64,000 nt of DNA from Chthoniobacterales bacterium (GCA_038207335.1 JBBQZX010000030.1:1-64000), one strand, 5' to 3'. Numbered from the stretch's first letter, positions 20,124 to 30,732 are shown. The notes: a model not told the origin generated them from the letters alone. Numbers and translations are program-made.

Positions 20124-20331
20124 ATCCGCAGCGTAGGCAATCGCGCCGGGTGGCGGCAACGCGGGAATCGAACCCACAGACGGGCTATCATCCGCCAAAG
20201 CACCAGCTTCGATTGCCAAAAAAAGGGTCGGGAACTTCATCGCCGAATCGTCGCATGTCAAGGCCCAGCGGTGATTTCGAGTTCATCAATGCGGCATGAA
20301 TTAAATATCGTTAAATTCTTTCATTTTTTTC

Positions 20332-20359
20332 TTGCACGCGGATTTCGATTGGCTAACTT
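20332..20359 (+). promoter_or_regulatory. putative sigma70-type promoter
   Basis: TTGCAC-16bp-TAACTT with an AT-rich UP-like tract upstream. Confidence 0.5.
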
Positions 20360-20365
20360 GATCGC

Positions 20366-20426
20366 GTTCTGGGGGGAACAGCAGCCCTTCGGCAGCCATT
20401 CGGCTCCGGGGGGCTGCATTTTTTTT
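20366..20426 (+). ncRNA. candidate small RNA or attenuator leader
   Basis: Follows the promoter; long GCAGCCC...GGGCTGC stem then T8; no ORF. Confidence 0.4.
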
Positions 20427-20514
20427 GCCGCGAATCCAGCGGTTGTGCCACGCGGGCAAACTTCACCGAAACGTGATTTGCGACACTGCTCGGCGTCGGC
20501 GAGCATCGCACGCC

Positions 20515-22047
20515 ATGCGACGCCTGTTTCCGCTCCTTTTTCTCCTCGCGCAGGTCTGCGTCGCCGCGCCGCTCACCGTACGCGTCGCTACGTTCAACTC
20601 CTCGCTCCATCGCGATACCGACGGCCAGCTCGCCAACGACCTCGCCACCCCCACCAACTTGAACGCGCGCAAAGTCGCCGAAATTCTCCAGCGCGTCCGC
20701 CCGGACATCGTTCTGCTTAACGAATTCGACTACGATGCCGGCGGCCTATCGCGCGACCGTTTCCACGACAACTACCTCGCCGTCTCCCAAAACGGCCAGC
20801 CACCCCTCAGCTACCCATACCGCTTTGCCCCGCCCTCCAACACCGGCATCCCCAGCGGCTTCGATTACGACAACAACGGCACGGTCAACGACACCACCGG
20901 CACCACCACCACATCCCGCGACCTCTACGGCGCAGACTGCTACGGCTTCGGCTGGTTCCCCGGCCAGTACGGCTTTGTCGTTTACTCTCGCTTCCCCATC
21001 CGCACTGCCGACATCCGCACCTTCCAATCCTTCCTCTGGAAAGACATGCCCGGCGCCGTCCTGCCTGACAAGGCCGGCACTCCCCCGCCACAGGACTGGT
21101 ACTCCGCAGCCGAGCTCGCCACCTTTCGCCTCTCCTCGAAAAATCACGCCGACGTGCCCATCGAAGTCGCTCCCGGCCAGCTCATCCACCTCCTCGCCAG
21201 CCACCCCACGCCTCCCAGCTTCGACGGCCCCGAGGACCGCAACGGCCACCGCAACCACGACGAAATCCGCTTCTGGGCCGACTACGTCAACGGCGCCGAC
21301 TATCTCTACGACGACACCGGCGCCCGCGGCGGACTCGCCAGCGGCCAGCGCTTCATCATCCTCGGTGACATGAACGCGGACCCCCTCGACGGCGACAGCT
21401 ACCTCGGCGCGATCAACCAACTCCTCCAACACTCCCGCATCGACTCCTCCTTCATCCCGAGCAGCCCCGGCGGCACGCAGCAGGCCCAGCTCCAGGGCGG
21501 CGCGAATATCGGCCAGCTCGGCGATCCCGCCTACGACACCGGCGACTTCTCCGACGCCCCCGGCCAGAGCGGCAACCTCCGCATCGACCACCTCCTTCCC
21601 TCACGCGCCGGCCTGCGATCCATCGACGGCGCAGTTTTCTGGCCCCTCAAGACCGACCCCACATTCTCCCTCACCACCGCGTCCGACCATCATCTCGTCT
21701 GGTTCGACATCGGCGTCGCCCCAATCATCGCCGACGCCGTCCGCGGGCTCGCCGTGGGAAAAGAGAACGCCGATACCGTCCTCACATTCCTCGCCCAGCA
21801 GGGCCTCTCCTACTCCGTCCAGACTAGCCCCGACCTCAGCACATGGAGCGACGCCCCAGCCATGCCCGTCACCGTCGATCCCTCCCTCCACGCCCGCGCC
21901 GTCGATACCGCGAGCGCATCCGGCACCCGCTTCTACCGCATCGCCGCCAGCCTCAACACCGCCGGTTCACTCAACACCCAAGCCCTCTCCACCCCGGCGC
22001 CGCCGCCGAAGCCCAAGCAAAATCGCGCCCGGACCCTCCGCCGCTAG
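20515..22047 (+). CDS. secreted endonuclease/exonuclease/phosphatase family protein
   Basis: 'RVATFN', 'PDIVLLNEFD', 'LSSKNHAD', 'SHPTPP.FDGPEDRNG.RNHDEI', 'GDMNAD', 'SDHHLV'. Confidence 0.92.
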   Translation: MRRLFPLLFLLAQVCVAAPLTVRVATFNSSLHRDTDGQLANDLATPTNLNARKVAEILQRVRPDIVLLNEFDYDAGGLSRDRFHDNYLAVSQNGQPPLSYPYRFAPPSNTGIPSGFDYDNNGTVNDTTGTTTTSRDLYGADCYGFGWFPGQYGFVVYSRFPIRTADIRTFQSFLWKDMPGAVLPDKAGTPPPQDWYSAAELATFRLSSKNHADVPIEVAPGQLIHLLASHPTPPSFDGPEDRNGHRNHDEIRFWADYVNGADYLYDDTGARGGLASGQRFIILGDMNADPLDGDSYLGAINQLLQHSRIDSSFIPSSPGGTQQAQLQGGANIGQLGDPAYDTGDFSDAPGQSGNLRIDHLLPSRAGLRSIDGAVFWPLKTDPTFSLTTASDHHLVWFDIGVAPIIADAVRGLAVGKENADTVLTFLAQQGLSYSVQTSPDLSTWSDAPAMPVTVDPSLHARAVDTASASGTRFYRIAASLNTAGSLNTQALSTPAPPPKPKQNRARTLRR

Positions 22048-22067
22048 AGCCCGGGCACCTTCGCCGC

Positions 22068-24530
22068 CTACCTCGGGGTGAAAGTCACGCCACCGGTCTG
22101 CGCGGCACCCGGGAAGTGCCCCGTGCCCCCATTGTCATCCTGCTGCAGCACGCCGTTGAATTTGATCGCCTTCGCACCCGCCACCGGCACGAATTTCCCG
22201 CTCAGCAACCCCGTCGCGCGGTTGATCGTCGCGCTTACTTTGTTCGCATTCGGCGCGTCGGGAACCACTTTGTCCGCGGCGCTCACCGTGGCGGCGGCGT
22301 TCACATCCGCGATGCCCGCGCCGGTGAATTGCACATCTACTTTCGCGTTCACCGTGTCGGTGAAGACCAGGCTGCGCATCCCTTTGGCCGCAGGTAAAAA
22401 GAGCGCGCCATCGGCATCCGTCGTCGCGTCGAAGCCCGTGGCGAAGAGCCCCCCGGCCTTCGCCTGCGCGGGCTTGCGCCACGCGAGCGTGCCACCGACG
22501 AGCGTGCGCGCGCCGCTGCCGTCGAATGTCAACGTGCCCGCGAGTTCGCCCTTGGGCTTCACGTAGAGCGGCACGTAGATCGTCGCAGCGTTGTCGGCGT
22601 TAAGGAAGGTGCTCGTGGAAAAGGCCACGTCATCCCCAAGCCGGCCGGTCAGCGTCAGCTTGCCGAGCTTCGTCAGCTTTGCTGTCGCCCAGCCTGCGCC
22701 GCGCGGGTGTGCCGCGTCGGCATCCGCGGGCAGCACCACGGTGTAAGCCCCCTCGCTCACGCCCGGAGGCAGCGCGGTCAGCCCGACAGCGATCGAGGCA
22801 ATCACGTAAGCCGCCCCATCCCCCGTGACCTGCCCGGCGACGAGCGCGTTGTCGTCGGCGTCGAAGTCGAAGTCGAGCGTGACCACCAGGTCGGGCGTCC
22901 CGGTGGGCTTGCGCTTGAAAGTCTGCGTGAAATGCCCGCCGAAATCCACACTGCCCTTCAGCGTGTAGCTCTTCCCCGCGACCACCACCTTCCCGCTCAT
23001 CGCTCCGCCCGGCGAAAGCGTCGCGTTCAGCGCGCCCACCGTCGCCCCGCCGCCGCTCGTCACGAGCTGATTGAACGACCCGCGCCACGCCAGGAACGGA
23101 TTACTCACCGTCACCGTCGCGGTTGCCGTCTCCGCCCCGCCCGCCGAGATCGTGTACGTGAAAGTATCCGTGCCCGTGAAACTCTTCCCCGGCTTGTAAC
23201 TCACCTTCCCCCCCACGATCGCCACCTTCCCCGCCACCCCCTGCGTCACCGACTTGATTCGCAGCGTCCTCCCAAAGGGCCCCCCATCATTCGCCAGCAC
23301 ATCCAGCTTCGACACCCCTCCGCGGATGCCCACCGCGTCGTCCTCCGCCGTCAGCGTTGCCGCCGCCAGCGAAAACGAGAAACCTCGCTTCGCGTAGCCC
23401 ACGTCAAATGCTTCCACCGCCATCGTCACGTCCCCGTCCCACCAGCGCCCGCCCTCCGGCACCGCAAATTGCGTCGGCTCAAATCCATCCCAGTCATCGC
23501 CCTCATTCACGACCGTCTCCAGCCCGCCCCCGCTCTTCTCCAAATAGATCCCCACCTGCCGCGGCAGCGCGAACTGATTATTCCGCCCCCCGATCACCGC
23601 CACCCGACCATTGCGCAGCGAAGCCGACGCGAAATAAAAGAAATTCCCCGTTCCATCGGGGATCGGCGACTGGGACTTCGCCACCAGCGACCACGTCCCC
23701 CCGATGCGCTTCCACACGCCGCCAGAGACATCCTCGAGCACCAGCGCCACATCCGTCCCTTCATTGGAAAATGCCACCGCGCTGTAGCTCAGGAGCGGTG
23801 GCGTCGTCGCCCCAGGCAGCGTCATCGAGTCATCATACACCGTGCTGATCGTCCCATTCGCGATCTGATACACCCCGCGCCGCCCTCCCCCTTCTCCATA
23901 AAACATCACCACCCCGTTCCGCACGGTCGGCGACCAGAGGAACGTGAACTTCGACCCCGCCGTCCCGCCCGGCACCGGCGTCACCCCATCCTGCGCGAGG
24001 ATCGAGATGCTCCCCCCCGTCACCCGGCACACCGCGAAGACTTTCACACTCCCGATCGCCTGCCGCTCCGCGAGGAAAACCACCGTCCCATCGATATCCA
24101 GACTGGCATGATGCACATGCAGATAGTGATCCGACGTAATCCCCGGAAACGTGCTATTAAAATCCACGATCTTCGTCGCCCCATTCAGAAAAATGGCGGG
24201 CGTCCCTTCAAACCCCGCGCCCGAGTCCGGCGGGATCACCAGTTGCCCCGCATTCAGCAGCGTCGTCGCATTCGCATCAAAGGGAAAACCGACCGGAAAA
24301 TCCCCAAACCCATTCGGCCGCGTCTCAGCCGCCACATCCCCGCTGCTGGACTTCAGCGTCTTATCGCCATTCGCCGACTGATCCAGCCAGTAAACCCTTC
24401 CCTCCGGCCCCACCACCGGCGCCGAATTGATGTCATTCGCCACCAGCGGCGAGATCGTATTGCCGCCTGCGGCGAAAAGCGAAGACGACAGCGCGATCCA
24501 CACCGCGCACAGATTCCGGAGGGTCGTCAT
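22068..24530 (-). CDS. large secreted/surface protein with Ig-like (Big_9/cadherin-like) domain
   Basis: Signal peptide; 'LDVLANDGG...SYKPGKSFTGTDTFTYTIS'; beta-rich repeats at the N-terminus. Confidence 0.75.
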   Translation of the reverse strand: MTTLRNLCAVWIALSSSLFAAGGNTISPLVANDINSAPVVGPEGRVYWLDQSANGDKTLKSSSGDVAAETRPNGFGDFPVGFPFDANATTLLNAGQLVIPPDSGAGFEGTPAIFLNGATKIVDFNSTFPGITSDHYLHVHHASLDIDGTVVFLAERQAIGSVKVFAVCRVTGGSISILAQDGVTPVPGGTAGSKFTFLWSPTVRNGVVMFYGEGGGRRGVYQIANGTISTVYDDSMTLPGATTPPLLSYSAVAFSNEGTDVALVLEDVSGGVWKRIGGTWSLVAKSQSPIPDGTGNFFYFASASLRNGRVAVIGGRNNQFALPRQVGIYLEKSGGGLETVVNEGDDWDGFEPTQFAVPEGGRWWDGDVTMAVEAFDVGYAKRGFSFSLAAATLTAEDDAVGIRGGVSKLDVLANDGGPFGRTLRIKSVTQGVAGKVAIVGGKVSYKPGKSFTGTDTFTYTISAGGAETATATVTVSNPFLAWRGSFNQLVTSGGGATVGALNATLSPGGAMSGKVVVAGKSYTLKGSVDFGGHFTQTFKRKPTGTPDLVVTLDFDFDADDNALVAGQVTGDGAAYVIASIAVGLTALPPGVSEGAYTVVLPADADAAHPRGAGWATAKLTKLGKLTLTGRLGDDVAFSTSTFLNADNAATIYVPLYVKPKGELAGTLTFDGSGARTLVGGTLAWRKPAQAKAGGLFATGFDATTDADGALFLPAAKGMRSLVFTDTVNAKVDVQFTGAGIADVNAAATVSAADKVVPDAPNANKVSATINRATGLLSGKFVPVAGAKAIKFNGVLQQDDNGGTGHFPGAAQTGGVTFTPR

Positions 24531-24579
24531 AGCCGCATCATAGGACACAAAAGTGCACCGTCAAACGCTCCTATCCGTC

Positions 24580-25260
24580 TTTGCAAAACCTATCGGGGCG
24601 GCGGCGCCCTTGGACTCCACCCCTCTCCCTCGATAGACCGAGCCACCGATGGTGATGCTATCGATTTTCGCCATCGCCCGTGATCGCGCCGGAGTAGTTT
24701 CCCGCGCCCTCTTCCAGACTTGCGCCCACGGAAATGCGGTCGATTTGGCCCGCGACGAAGACGCCTCAGCTACTGGGAATGGCGCCGTCACTGCCTCCGC
24801 CGATGATCGAGCACGTCACGACGAGAGAATCGAGCGTGCCGGGTTCGCAAAGACCATCCCGTAGAGAGGTGCGCTGCCGTCGACCAGATCTCCGCCGATC
24901 GATATGGAGCCCAAAGCCAATGCGTTAGTGAACGCCGCGCTTCTCTTGTTGCCGATCTGCCTACTGAATCGCCATCGCCGCCGATGACGGAGCCGCCGAT
25001 GCGGGCGGAAAGTAGATCGCCGGTGACGTTCACGACGAACGAATTGACGTCGCCCGTGATCCCCGAAAAGTTTTGCGGATCGACGGGCAACCCGTAGCGG
25101 CCAAAGGAATTCACGGTCAGTGCCTTGATGGCCGGCGTGCCTGCGGTGCCGCTGTCGGCGGTGATGATGCCGAGATCGCCGGCGATGCTGACGGTGCGGA
25201 GGTCGTTCATCCCGGCACTGATCCGACCGACGATGGCCAACCCGTCGAGGACTTCGATTG
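24580..25260 (-). pseudogene. remnant of a repetitive glycine-rich extracellular protein
   Basis: Repeats spread across frames: 'VSIAGDLG', 'RIGGSVIGG', 'SISIGGDLV', 'SITIGGSV'. Confidence 0.5.
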
Positions 25261-25510
25261 GTCTGGCGAATGTCTGTAGTATAATGTTCAGCGAGATTTC
25301 CAAACCGAGCATAACCCGCCCTCCACCCCACATCGGGTCTGATCTGCCGACTGCCGACGCCCTACCAGCAAGCACGCCCACGCGTCCCACTTCCCTGCCT
25401 CTCGGCTACGCCCAAAAAATTCCGCTTGATCGCGCCCGCATTTTCCCCGATTCATCCCACCCGCAAATGCAACAACGCGAGGCTCACCAGCCTCTCGTCC
25501 GAGCGAAAAT

Positions 25511-25585
25511 TCCTGAGTAGCTCAGCGGTAGAGCAATCGGCTGTTAACCGATCGGTCGTAGGTTCGATCCCTACCTCAGGAGCCA
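25511..25585 (+). tRNA. tRNA-Asn (GTT)
   Basis: Acceptor stem TCCTGAG/CTCAGGA, anticodon arm ATCGG-CTGTTAA-CCGAT, T loop GGTTCGATCC, encoded CCA. Confidence 0.97.
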
Positions 25586-25872
25586 TCTCTGCAAGCCTTT
25601 GACTTTCAGAGTTTAAACTTCAGTGGCAGGCCGGTTTGGGGGCCGACTGCCAGCGGAATTGCCAGCAAATCGTTTGCGCGAACAGAATTCGCGCGAACTG
25701 GCGATTCCTCGGCACTTGCTCCCTCACCTGCACGGAGCGGCCCGTGGTCCACTCGACCTCGACCGATGAAATCCCGCTACCGTCTCTAGTGCCGCCGTGG
25801 TGGCGCGTTCTATTTGCACGATTCGACCACCGGAAAAAAGGCGAGCTTGCGCACGAAAAACAAGCGCGAAGC

Positions 25873-26058
25873 ACCCACGGTCGGGAGTCATCACGGGACC
25901 GAAGCTTGCATGCTGCCGCCAGTCATTCATTCGACCACATCCGGAACAAGCCGATAGCGAAAACGATCGCGGATGACTTCTTGATCGTTCTCAAACGTGG
26001 CGGATCAGCCGCGAACAACTATCTGCGACGCTTCCACAATCTGGCCCTCGACCTTGGC
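25873..26058 (+). pseudogene. tyrosine integrase remnant (internal part)
   Basis: 'FDHIRNKPIAKTIADDFLIVLKRGGSAANNYLRRFHNLALDLG' resembles a verrucomicrobial integrase family; lies ~290 bp downstream of the tRNA. Confidence 0.6.
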
Positions 26059-26162
26059 TTCAGGGAAGGGCACGGCATCGCTTGTTGGCGGCAGATGCTG
26101 CGTTCCCCCTCTCGAGAAAAGGTGTCATACGAAACCGGGTCTTTGACACTAATAGTAAATGC

Positions 26163-26708
26163 ATGGTCCTTTCCCCCGAACTGATCGATCGAGTTGCTGC
26201 TTTTCACGAAGATGCATTCGGTTGGGGGATGACCTGCTGCGGCGGGGATCTCCAGGCGGCTGCGGACACCTTGCAGGAATGCTACCTGAAGGTGGCGACG
26301 GGTCGGGCGACATTTGCCGGCAGGTCGTCTTTGAAAACATGGTGGCTCGCAGTAATCCGTTTGACCGCGCTCGAACAGTTGCGGGGGCAAGAGCGCTGGC
26401 AGCGAAGGGCGCTGGATTTCCGCGATTGGGTGGCCGCGCTGGGAGAAGAGGCGGCTCAGTCTTCGGCAAACGAGTTGGCAGCGCCGCCAGATGCGGACCA
26501 ACTGGCGGCGGCGCTGGCTCAACTGCCGGCGCGGCAAGCGGAAGTCTTGCACCTTGTTTTTCAGCACGGGCTCAGCGTGAGCGACTCGGCCGCGGTGATG
26601 GGTGTGTCCGTGGGATCAGCACGGCAGCATTACGAACGCGCCAAGAAACGTCTTCGACAACTGCTCGCTGCGAACCTGCCGACGCCTCTTTGTGACCATG
26701 CACCGTGA
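26163..26708 (+). CDS. ECF RNA polymerase sigma factor
   Basis: 'AADTLQECYLK', 'SSLKTWW', 'LAQLPARQAEVLHL', 'SAAVMGVSVGSARQHYERAKKRL'. Confidence 0.9.
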   Translation: MVLSPELIDRVAAFHEDAFGWGMTCCGGDLQAAADTLQECYLKVATGRATFAGRSSLKTWWLAVIRLTALEQLRGQERWQRRALDFRDWVAALGEEAAQSSANELAAPPDADQLAAALAQLPARQAEVLHLVFQHGLSVSDSAAVMGVSVGSARQHYERAKKRLRQLLAANLPTPLCDHAP

Positions 26709-27078
26709 CGACGAATCTCAGTTGCAAGTCGCCTTCGCGGAATTGCATCGCCGACAACGTGAACAAGCGCCGCCCTTCGGCGCCATGCGGGACCGCGCGT
26801 TGAGCGAAGCCGCCGGCCTGCATTGGGCGAGGCGCGTCCCCGCCTTGCGTTGGCAGTGGGCGGCGGCATCCGTCTGCGTAGCGGCGGCGGCGCTGTGGTG
26901 GATCGCCCGCGGACCGGAACTGGAACCTCCGGCACCACGCACGGCGGATACGGCACAGCGCGTGGAGGAGGTGCTGACGGCGATCGAGCAGGAACTGGAT
27001 CTCACCGCCGCCATTTCTTCTCCCAACTTTCCCACCGACATCCTGCTCACCCGAAACAAAACCGATCTATTCCCATGA
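26698..27078 (+). CDS. putative single-TM anti-sigma factor
   Basis: Overlaps the sigma stop; one TM helix; ends 'PTDILL'. Confidence 0.65.
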   Translation: MHRDDESQLQVAFAELHRRQREQAPPFGAMRDRALSEAAGLHWARRVPALRWQWAAASVCVAAAALWWIARGPELEPPAPRTADTAQRVEEVLTAIEQELDLTAAISSPNFPTDILLTRNKTDLFP

Positions 27079-28142
27079 CACCTCGCTTCATCCCCTCGCT
27101 GATCTTCGCCGCCGCCGCGGCGGGAATTTTTCCATGCCCCATACTCGCCGAGGAACCGAAGCGCGAGTCCGCCGGCCCCGGGCCGGTCCTGGTGCCGTTC
27201 GATTTCTATCCGACGCATCGCAAGGAACTCGGACTCAACGAGGATCAAGCGCACGAAATGCAGCGCCTCGCGGAGGGTATGCGCGACTCGGGTCAGAAAC
27301 TCGAAGCCGAAAGGCGCGAGCGCACGAGAGCGCTCCAGGAGGTGATGGCCCAGAGCCCCATTGATTCCGAAAAGGCGCTGGATCGCTTCCAGGCGGTCCT
27401 CAAAGCCGAGAACGAAATGAAGGCGCTCCAATTCCGCAGCGGGCTGGCGATGCGCAAGGTGCTCAGCCCCGAACAGACGGCAAAGCTGGAGTTGCTGGCG
27501 AAGAAGCAAATCGGCGAGGGCGGCGACGCCAATCGGGCCATCCGCGAGAGGCTCGATCAGGTGCGAGAGCAAATTCGCAGACGCGCCGGCGGCGGAGAGC
27601 CTCCGCGCGAGGTCATGGAAGGATTCAAGCAGATCGAGCAGTCGGCGAGGCAGGGTCGAATGGGTGAGGCAAAGGAACAACTCGAAGCGATGCTGCACCA
27701 CCTGCGGGACGAGCCGGGATCACAGGCCTCGGCTGACGGCAAGCCAACCGGGGAGGCGCAGCGTGCGGAGCGCGAGCAGCAGATGCGCGGCATCAAGGAA
27801 AAGATGGAGCACACCGAAGATCCCGAACAGCGGGAGCGGCTGCAACAGCAACTCCGGAAGCTCAGCGCCGTCGAGGGACAGGCGCGCAAGTCATCGGAGT
27901 CCGACTCGCAAAAGGTTGAGGGCCCGTCCCATGCGAGCGGTGCGAAGGTGGAGAAACTGATGCGCGAGATCGGCGAAGCGGCGAAACGAACCGACAACCC
28001 GGAACTGCGCGAGCAACTCCAGGGTGCTCTCAAGGGTCTGCGCGAAGCAACGGAGTCGGGAAACCGCGAAGCGGTCGAGAAAATCATGCGAGCCGTCGAG
28101 CCCGCTCTCCGCAACGCTGCGGGCGACGATCACACGGAGTAG
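27075..28142 (+). CDS. Spy/CpxP-like periplasmic protein with helical extension
   Basis: Signal peptide; 'ELGLNEDQ', 'VLSPEQTAKL'. Confidence 0.7.
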   Translation: MTPRFIPSLIFAAAAAGIFPCPILAEEPKRESAGPGPVLVPFDFYPTHRKELGLNEDQAHEMQRLAEGMRDSGQKLEAERRERTRALQEVMAQSPIDSEKALDRFQAVLKAENEMKALQFRSGLAMRKVLSPEQTAKLELLAKKQIGEGGDANRAIRERLDQVREQIRRRAGGGEPPREVMEGFKQIEQSARQGRMGEAKEQLEAMLHHLRDEPGSQASADGKPTGEAQRAEREQQMRGIKEKMEHTEDPEQRERLQQQLRKLSAVEGQARKSSESDSQKVEGPSHASGAKVEKLMREIGEAAKRTDNPELREQLQGALKGLREATESGNREAVEKIMRAVEPALRNAAGDDHTE

Positions 28143-28175
28143 CGATACGGCCGTGGCAGCCTTTTTTTTGAACCC

Positions 28176-29270
28176 ATGAATACGAGACCGATTGCATCCG
28201 CGCTCCTCGCGGCGCTTTTCACGAGCGCGTCACTATTTGCCCAGGCTCCGGCGGGAGAAGTTGACTTCCAAAAGGCGCGGCAACTCATGCAGCGCGCGCA
28301 GGCCGGGGAAAACCTGACGGCAGAGGAACAGGCCTATCTCGACCGCGCCAGGGAGTTGCGCAAAGGCAAGGGCGGCGGTGGCAGCGCTGCCGGGCAACGG
28401 AAGGCGCCCGAGCATCTCCCGCCTTTGTCCGACATGACGGCGGGCGATCGTTACGAAGGCGAGGATGGCGGACTTTATGGAAATGGCTCCAACACTCCGC
28501 CCGAGGCGCACGCCAAGGCCGCGCAGGCGCAGCTCGCCCGCATTCAGCCGCTCGACGCAGCGGGAAAACCGGCGGCGGACGGCGGGATCGTGCTCGTCTC
28601 CCTCAGCATGTCGAACGCGACGCAGGAGTTCTCCCACTTCAAACAAATCGCCGACGCCGCGCCGCAAAAATCGTCGAAGCTCACGATCGTGGATTGCGCC
28701 CAGGGCGGACAGGCGATGGCGGAGTGGGCGCCGCCGGAAGGCCGTCCGTGGGCCGAGGCAAAGCAACGACTCACCCGCGCCGGCGTGACTCCCGAGCAGG
28801 TGCAAGTCGCATGGATTAAGCTGGCCAACAAAGCGCCGCGCGGTTCGCTCCAGGAACACGGCAAACAACTCGAGGCCGACACGCTGGCCATGCTGCACAA
28901 TGCCCGCGCGCAATATCACAACCTGCGCATCGCATATCTCGGCAGTCGCACCTACGGAGGTTACGCGACGGGCGGACTCAATCCCGAGCCCTACGCCTTC
29001 GAGAGCGCCTTCCCCGCCCGCTGGCTTATCCAGCGGCAGATCAAAGGCGACCCCGACCTGGCCGAAGCAAAAGCGCCGCTGCTGCTCTGGGGGCCGTATC
29101 TGTGGGCCGATGGACCGAAAGGTCGGAAACTGGACACGCTCGTCTGGGAGCGGAGCGACTTCGGCGGCGACGGCGTCCACCCGAGCGAATCGGGCCGCGA
29201 AAAAGTCGCCCGCCTGCTCCTCGATTTCTTCACCAGCGATCCACTGGCGAAGTCGTGGTTCGTGAAATAA
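28176..29270 (+). CDS. secreted SGNH-like hydrolase (putative)
   Basis: Signal peptide; 'SLSMSNATQEF', 'AQGG', C-terminal 'DGVHPS'. Confidence 0.6.
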   Translation: MNTRPIASALLAALFTSASLFAQAPAGEVDFQKARQLMQRAQAGENLTAEEQAYLDRARELRKGKGGGGSAAGQRKAPEHLPPLSDMTAGDRYEGEDGGLYGNGSNTPPEAHAKAAQAQLARIQPLDAAGKPAADGGIVLVSLSMSNATQEFSHFKQIADAAPQKSSKLTIVDCAQGGQAMAEWAPPEGRPWAEAKQRLTRAGVTPEQVQVAWIKLANKAPRGSLQEHGKQLEADTLAMLHNARAQYHNLRIAYLGSRTYGGYATGGLNPEPYAFESAFPARWLIQRQIKGDPDLAEAKAPLLLWGPYLWADGPKGRKLDTLVWERSDFGGDGVHPSESGREKVARLLLDFFTSDPLAKSWFVK

Positions 29271-29802
29271 CCACACAGCTACCTCCGCTCTCAACGTTTT
29301 CCGGGCACGCCGCACCGAAAATTCTGCCGGAGGACGAAGTTGCGGCGGTAGAGGCGCTCATCGGCGAAGGCTTGGAAGAGGCTGATCGGGCACAGCGCAT
29401 CGCGGCAGCCGACCCAGATTTCGAACCGTAAAAGCGCAGGCGCATTGCGGAGAGCACCTCCTATCCCGCCTTCACCGAGAAGGCTCGGGAATCGGGCCTG
29501 CGTTATTCCAGCGATACGCACCCCGGCATCCGTCTGGAGACGCGGGGAAGAATATCGTCAATTTCAGAACGAGTGCCCGCGCGAAGGATGCCGACACTCT
29601 CGCAGGAGCGGTTGCGCAAGAGAAACGGGGCAGCCCCGCGCAGGCAGCCCGCTAAGTGCAAAGCGAGCGTCCGGCACGCACGGGCGGGCTCGGATTAAGA
29701 CAAATGAACTGCAAGAAAAATTGCGCTCACGGCGAATTCTTCTCATCGTGAGAGGCTAATGTCTGGCGAGATCGCGGACGTACGCGACCACTTTGTCCCC
29801 AC

Positions 29803-30732
29803 ATGATGTCCGAGCCCAAAGCACTTGATGTGGTGATCGTGGGAGGTGGGCCGGCGGGCCTGAGCGCGGCGCTTGTTCTCGGGCGCTGTCTGCGCCGCGT
29901 GCTCATTTTTGATGCGGGCGAACCGCGGAATGCTCCGGCCCGCGTCTTCAACGGATATCTTTCGCGCGATGGTTCGACGCCGGGAGAATTTTTACAAATC
30001 TGTCGGCAACAACTCACCCGCTACAAAACTGTCGAGTTGCGCAAAACCAAGGTGAGAGGCGCGCAGCGAAACGGCGGCGGCTTCTCCGTCACGTTGGAAA
30101 ACGGTGCGGTGATTGAATCGCGAATGTTGCTGCTCGCGACGGGCGTCGTGGATGAGTTGCCGGAGATCGAAGGCTTCAAGCGCTTTTACGGCAAGTCCGC
30201 CCATAGTTGTCCGCTGTGCGACGGCTGGGAGCATCGCGGAGAAGGCGTGGTCGTGACGGGCGGAAACCAGGACGCGGCCGATCTTGCAATCGAAATGCTG
30301 CAATGGAGCAAAGACGTGGCATTTTGTGCAAACGGCCCGCTGAAGTGCGACGCAAAAGCGCGCAAGCAAATCGCTGGTGGCGGTATTCGGGTCATTGAAA
30401 CGCCGATCGCGCGGCTCGAAGGCGAAGGTGACTCGCTTGCGGGTGTGCGTTTTACCGATGGCAGTTTCCTGCCTCGCACGGTGCTTTTCTTCTCGCCGGG
30501 TCAGCATCAAAAGTCGCCGCTCGCCGAACAACTCGGATGCGAGTTTTGCCCCGAAGACGGTTGTATTAACTGCGACGAAAAGGCAGCGACGTGCATTCCC
30601 GGCCTTTATGCCGCGGGCAATGCGAGCCGGGGCGTCCAGATGGTAATCGCGGCTGCGGCCGAGGGGACCCTGGCCGCGGTGGCAATCAATAACGCGCTCG
30701 TCGAAGCCGATGCGGAGAACGGCGAGCTTTAG
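29803..30732 (+). CDS. NAD(P)/FAD-dependent oxidoreductase (thioredoxin reductase-like)
   Basis: 'GGGPAGLSAA', 'LATG', 'HSCPLCDGWE', 'GLYAAGN'. Confidence 0.9.
   Translation: MMSEPKALDVVIVGGGPAGLSAALVLGRCLRRVLIFDAGEPRNAPARVFNGYLSRDGSTPGEFLQICRQQLTRYKTVELRKTKVRGAQRNGGGFSVTLENGAVIESRMLLLATGVVDELPEIEGFKRFYGKSAHSCPLCDGWEHRGEGVVVTGGNQDAADLAIEMLQWSKDVAFCANGPLKCDAKARKQIAGGGIRVIETPIARLEGEGDSLAGVRFTDGSFLPRTVLFFSPGQHQKSPLAEQLGCEFCPEDGCINCDEKAATCIPGLYAAGNASRGVQMVIAAAAEGTLAAVAINNALVEADAENGEL

Noticed and set aside
29290..29431. Short acidic peptide-like remnant ('EALIGEGLEEADRAQRIAAA')
   Set aside because: No start codon or assignable family.
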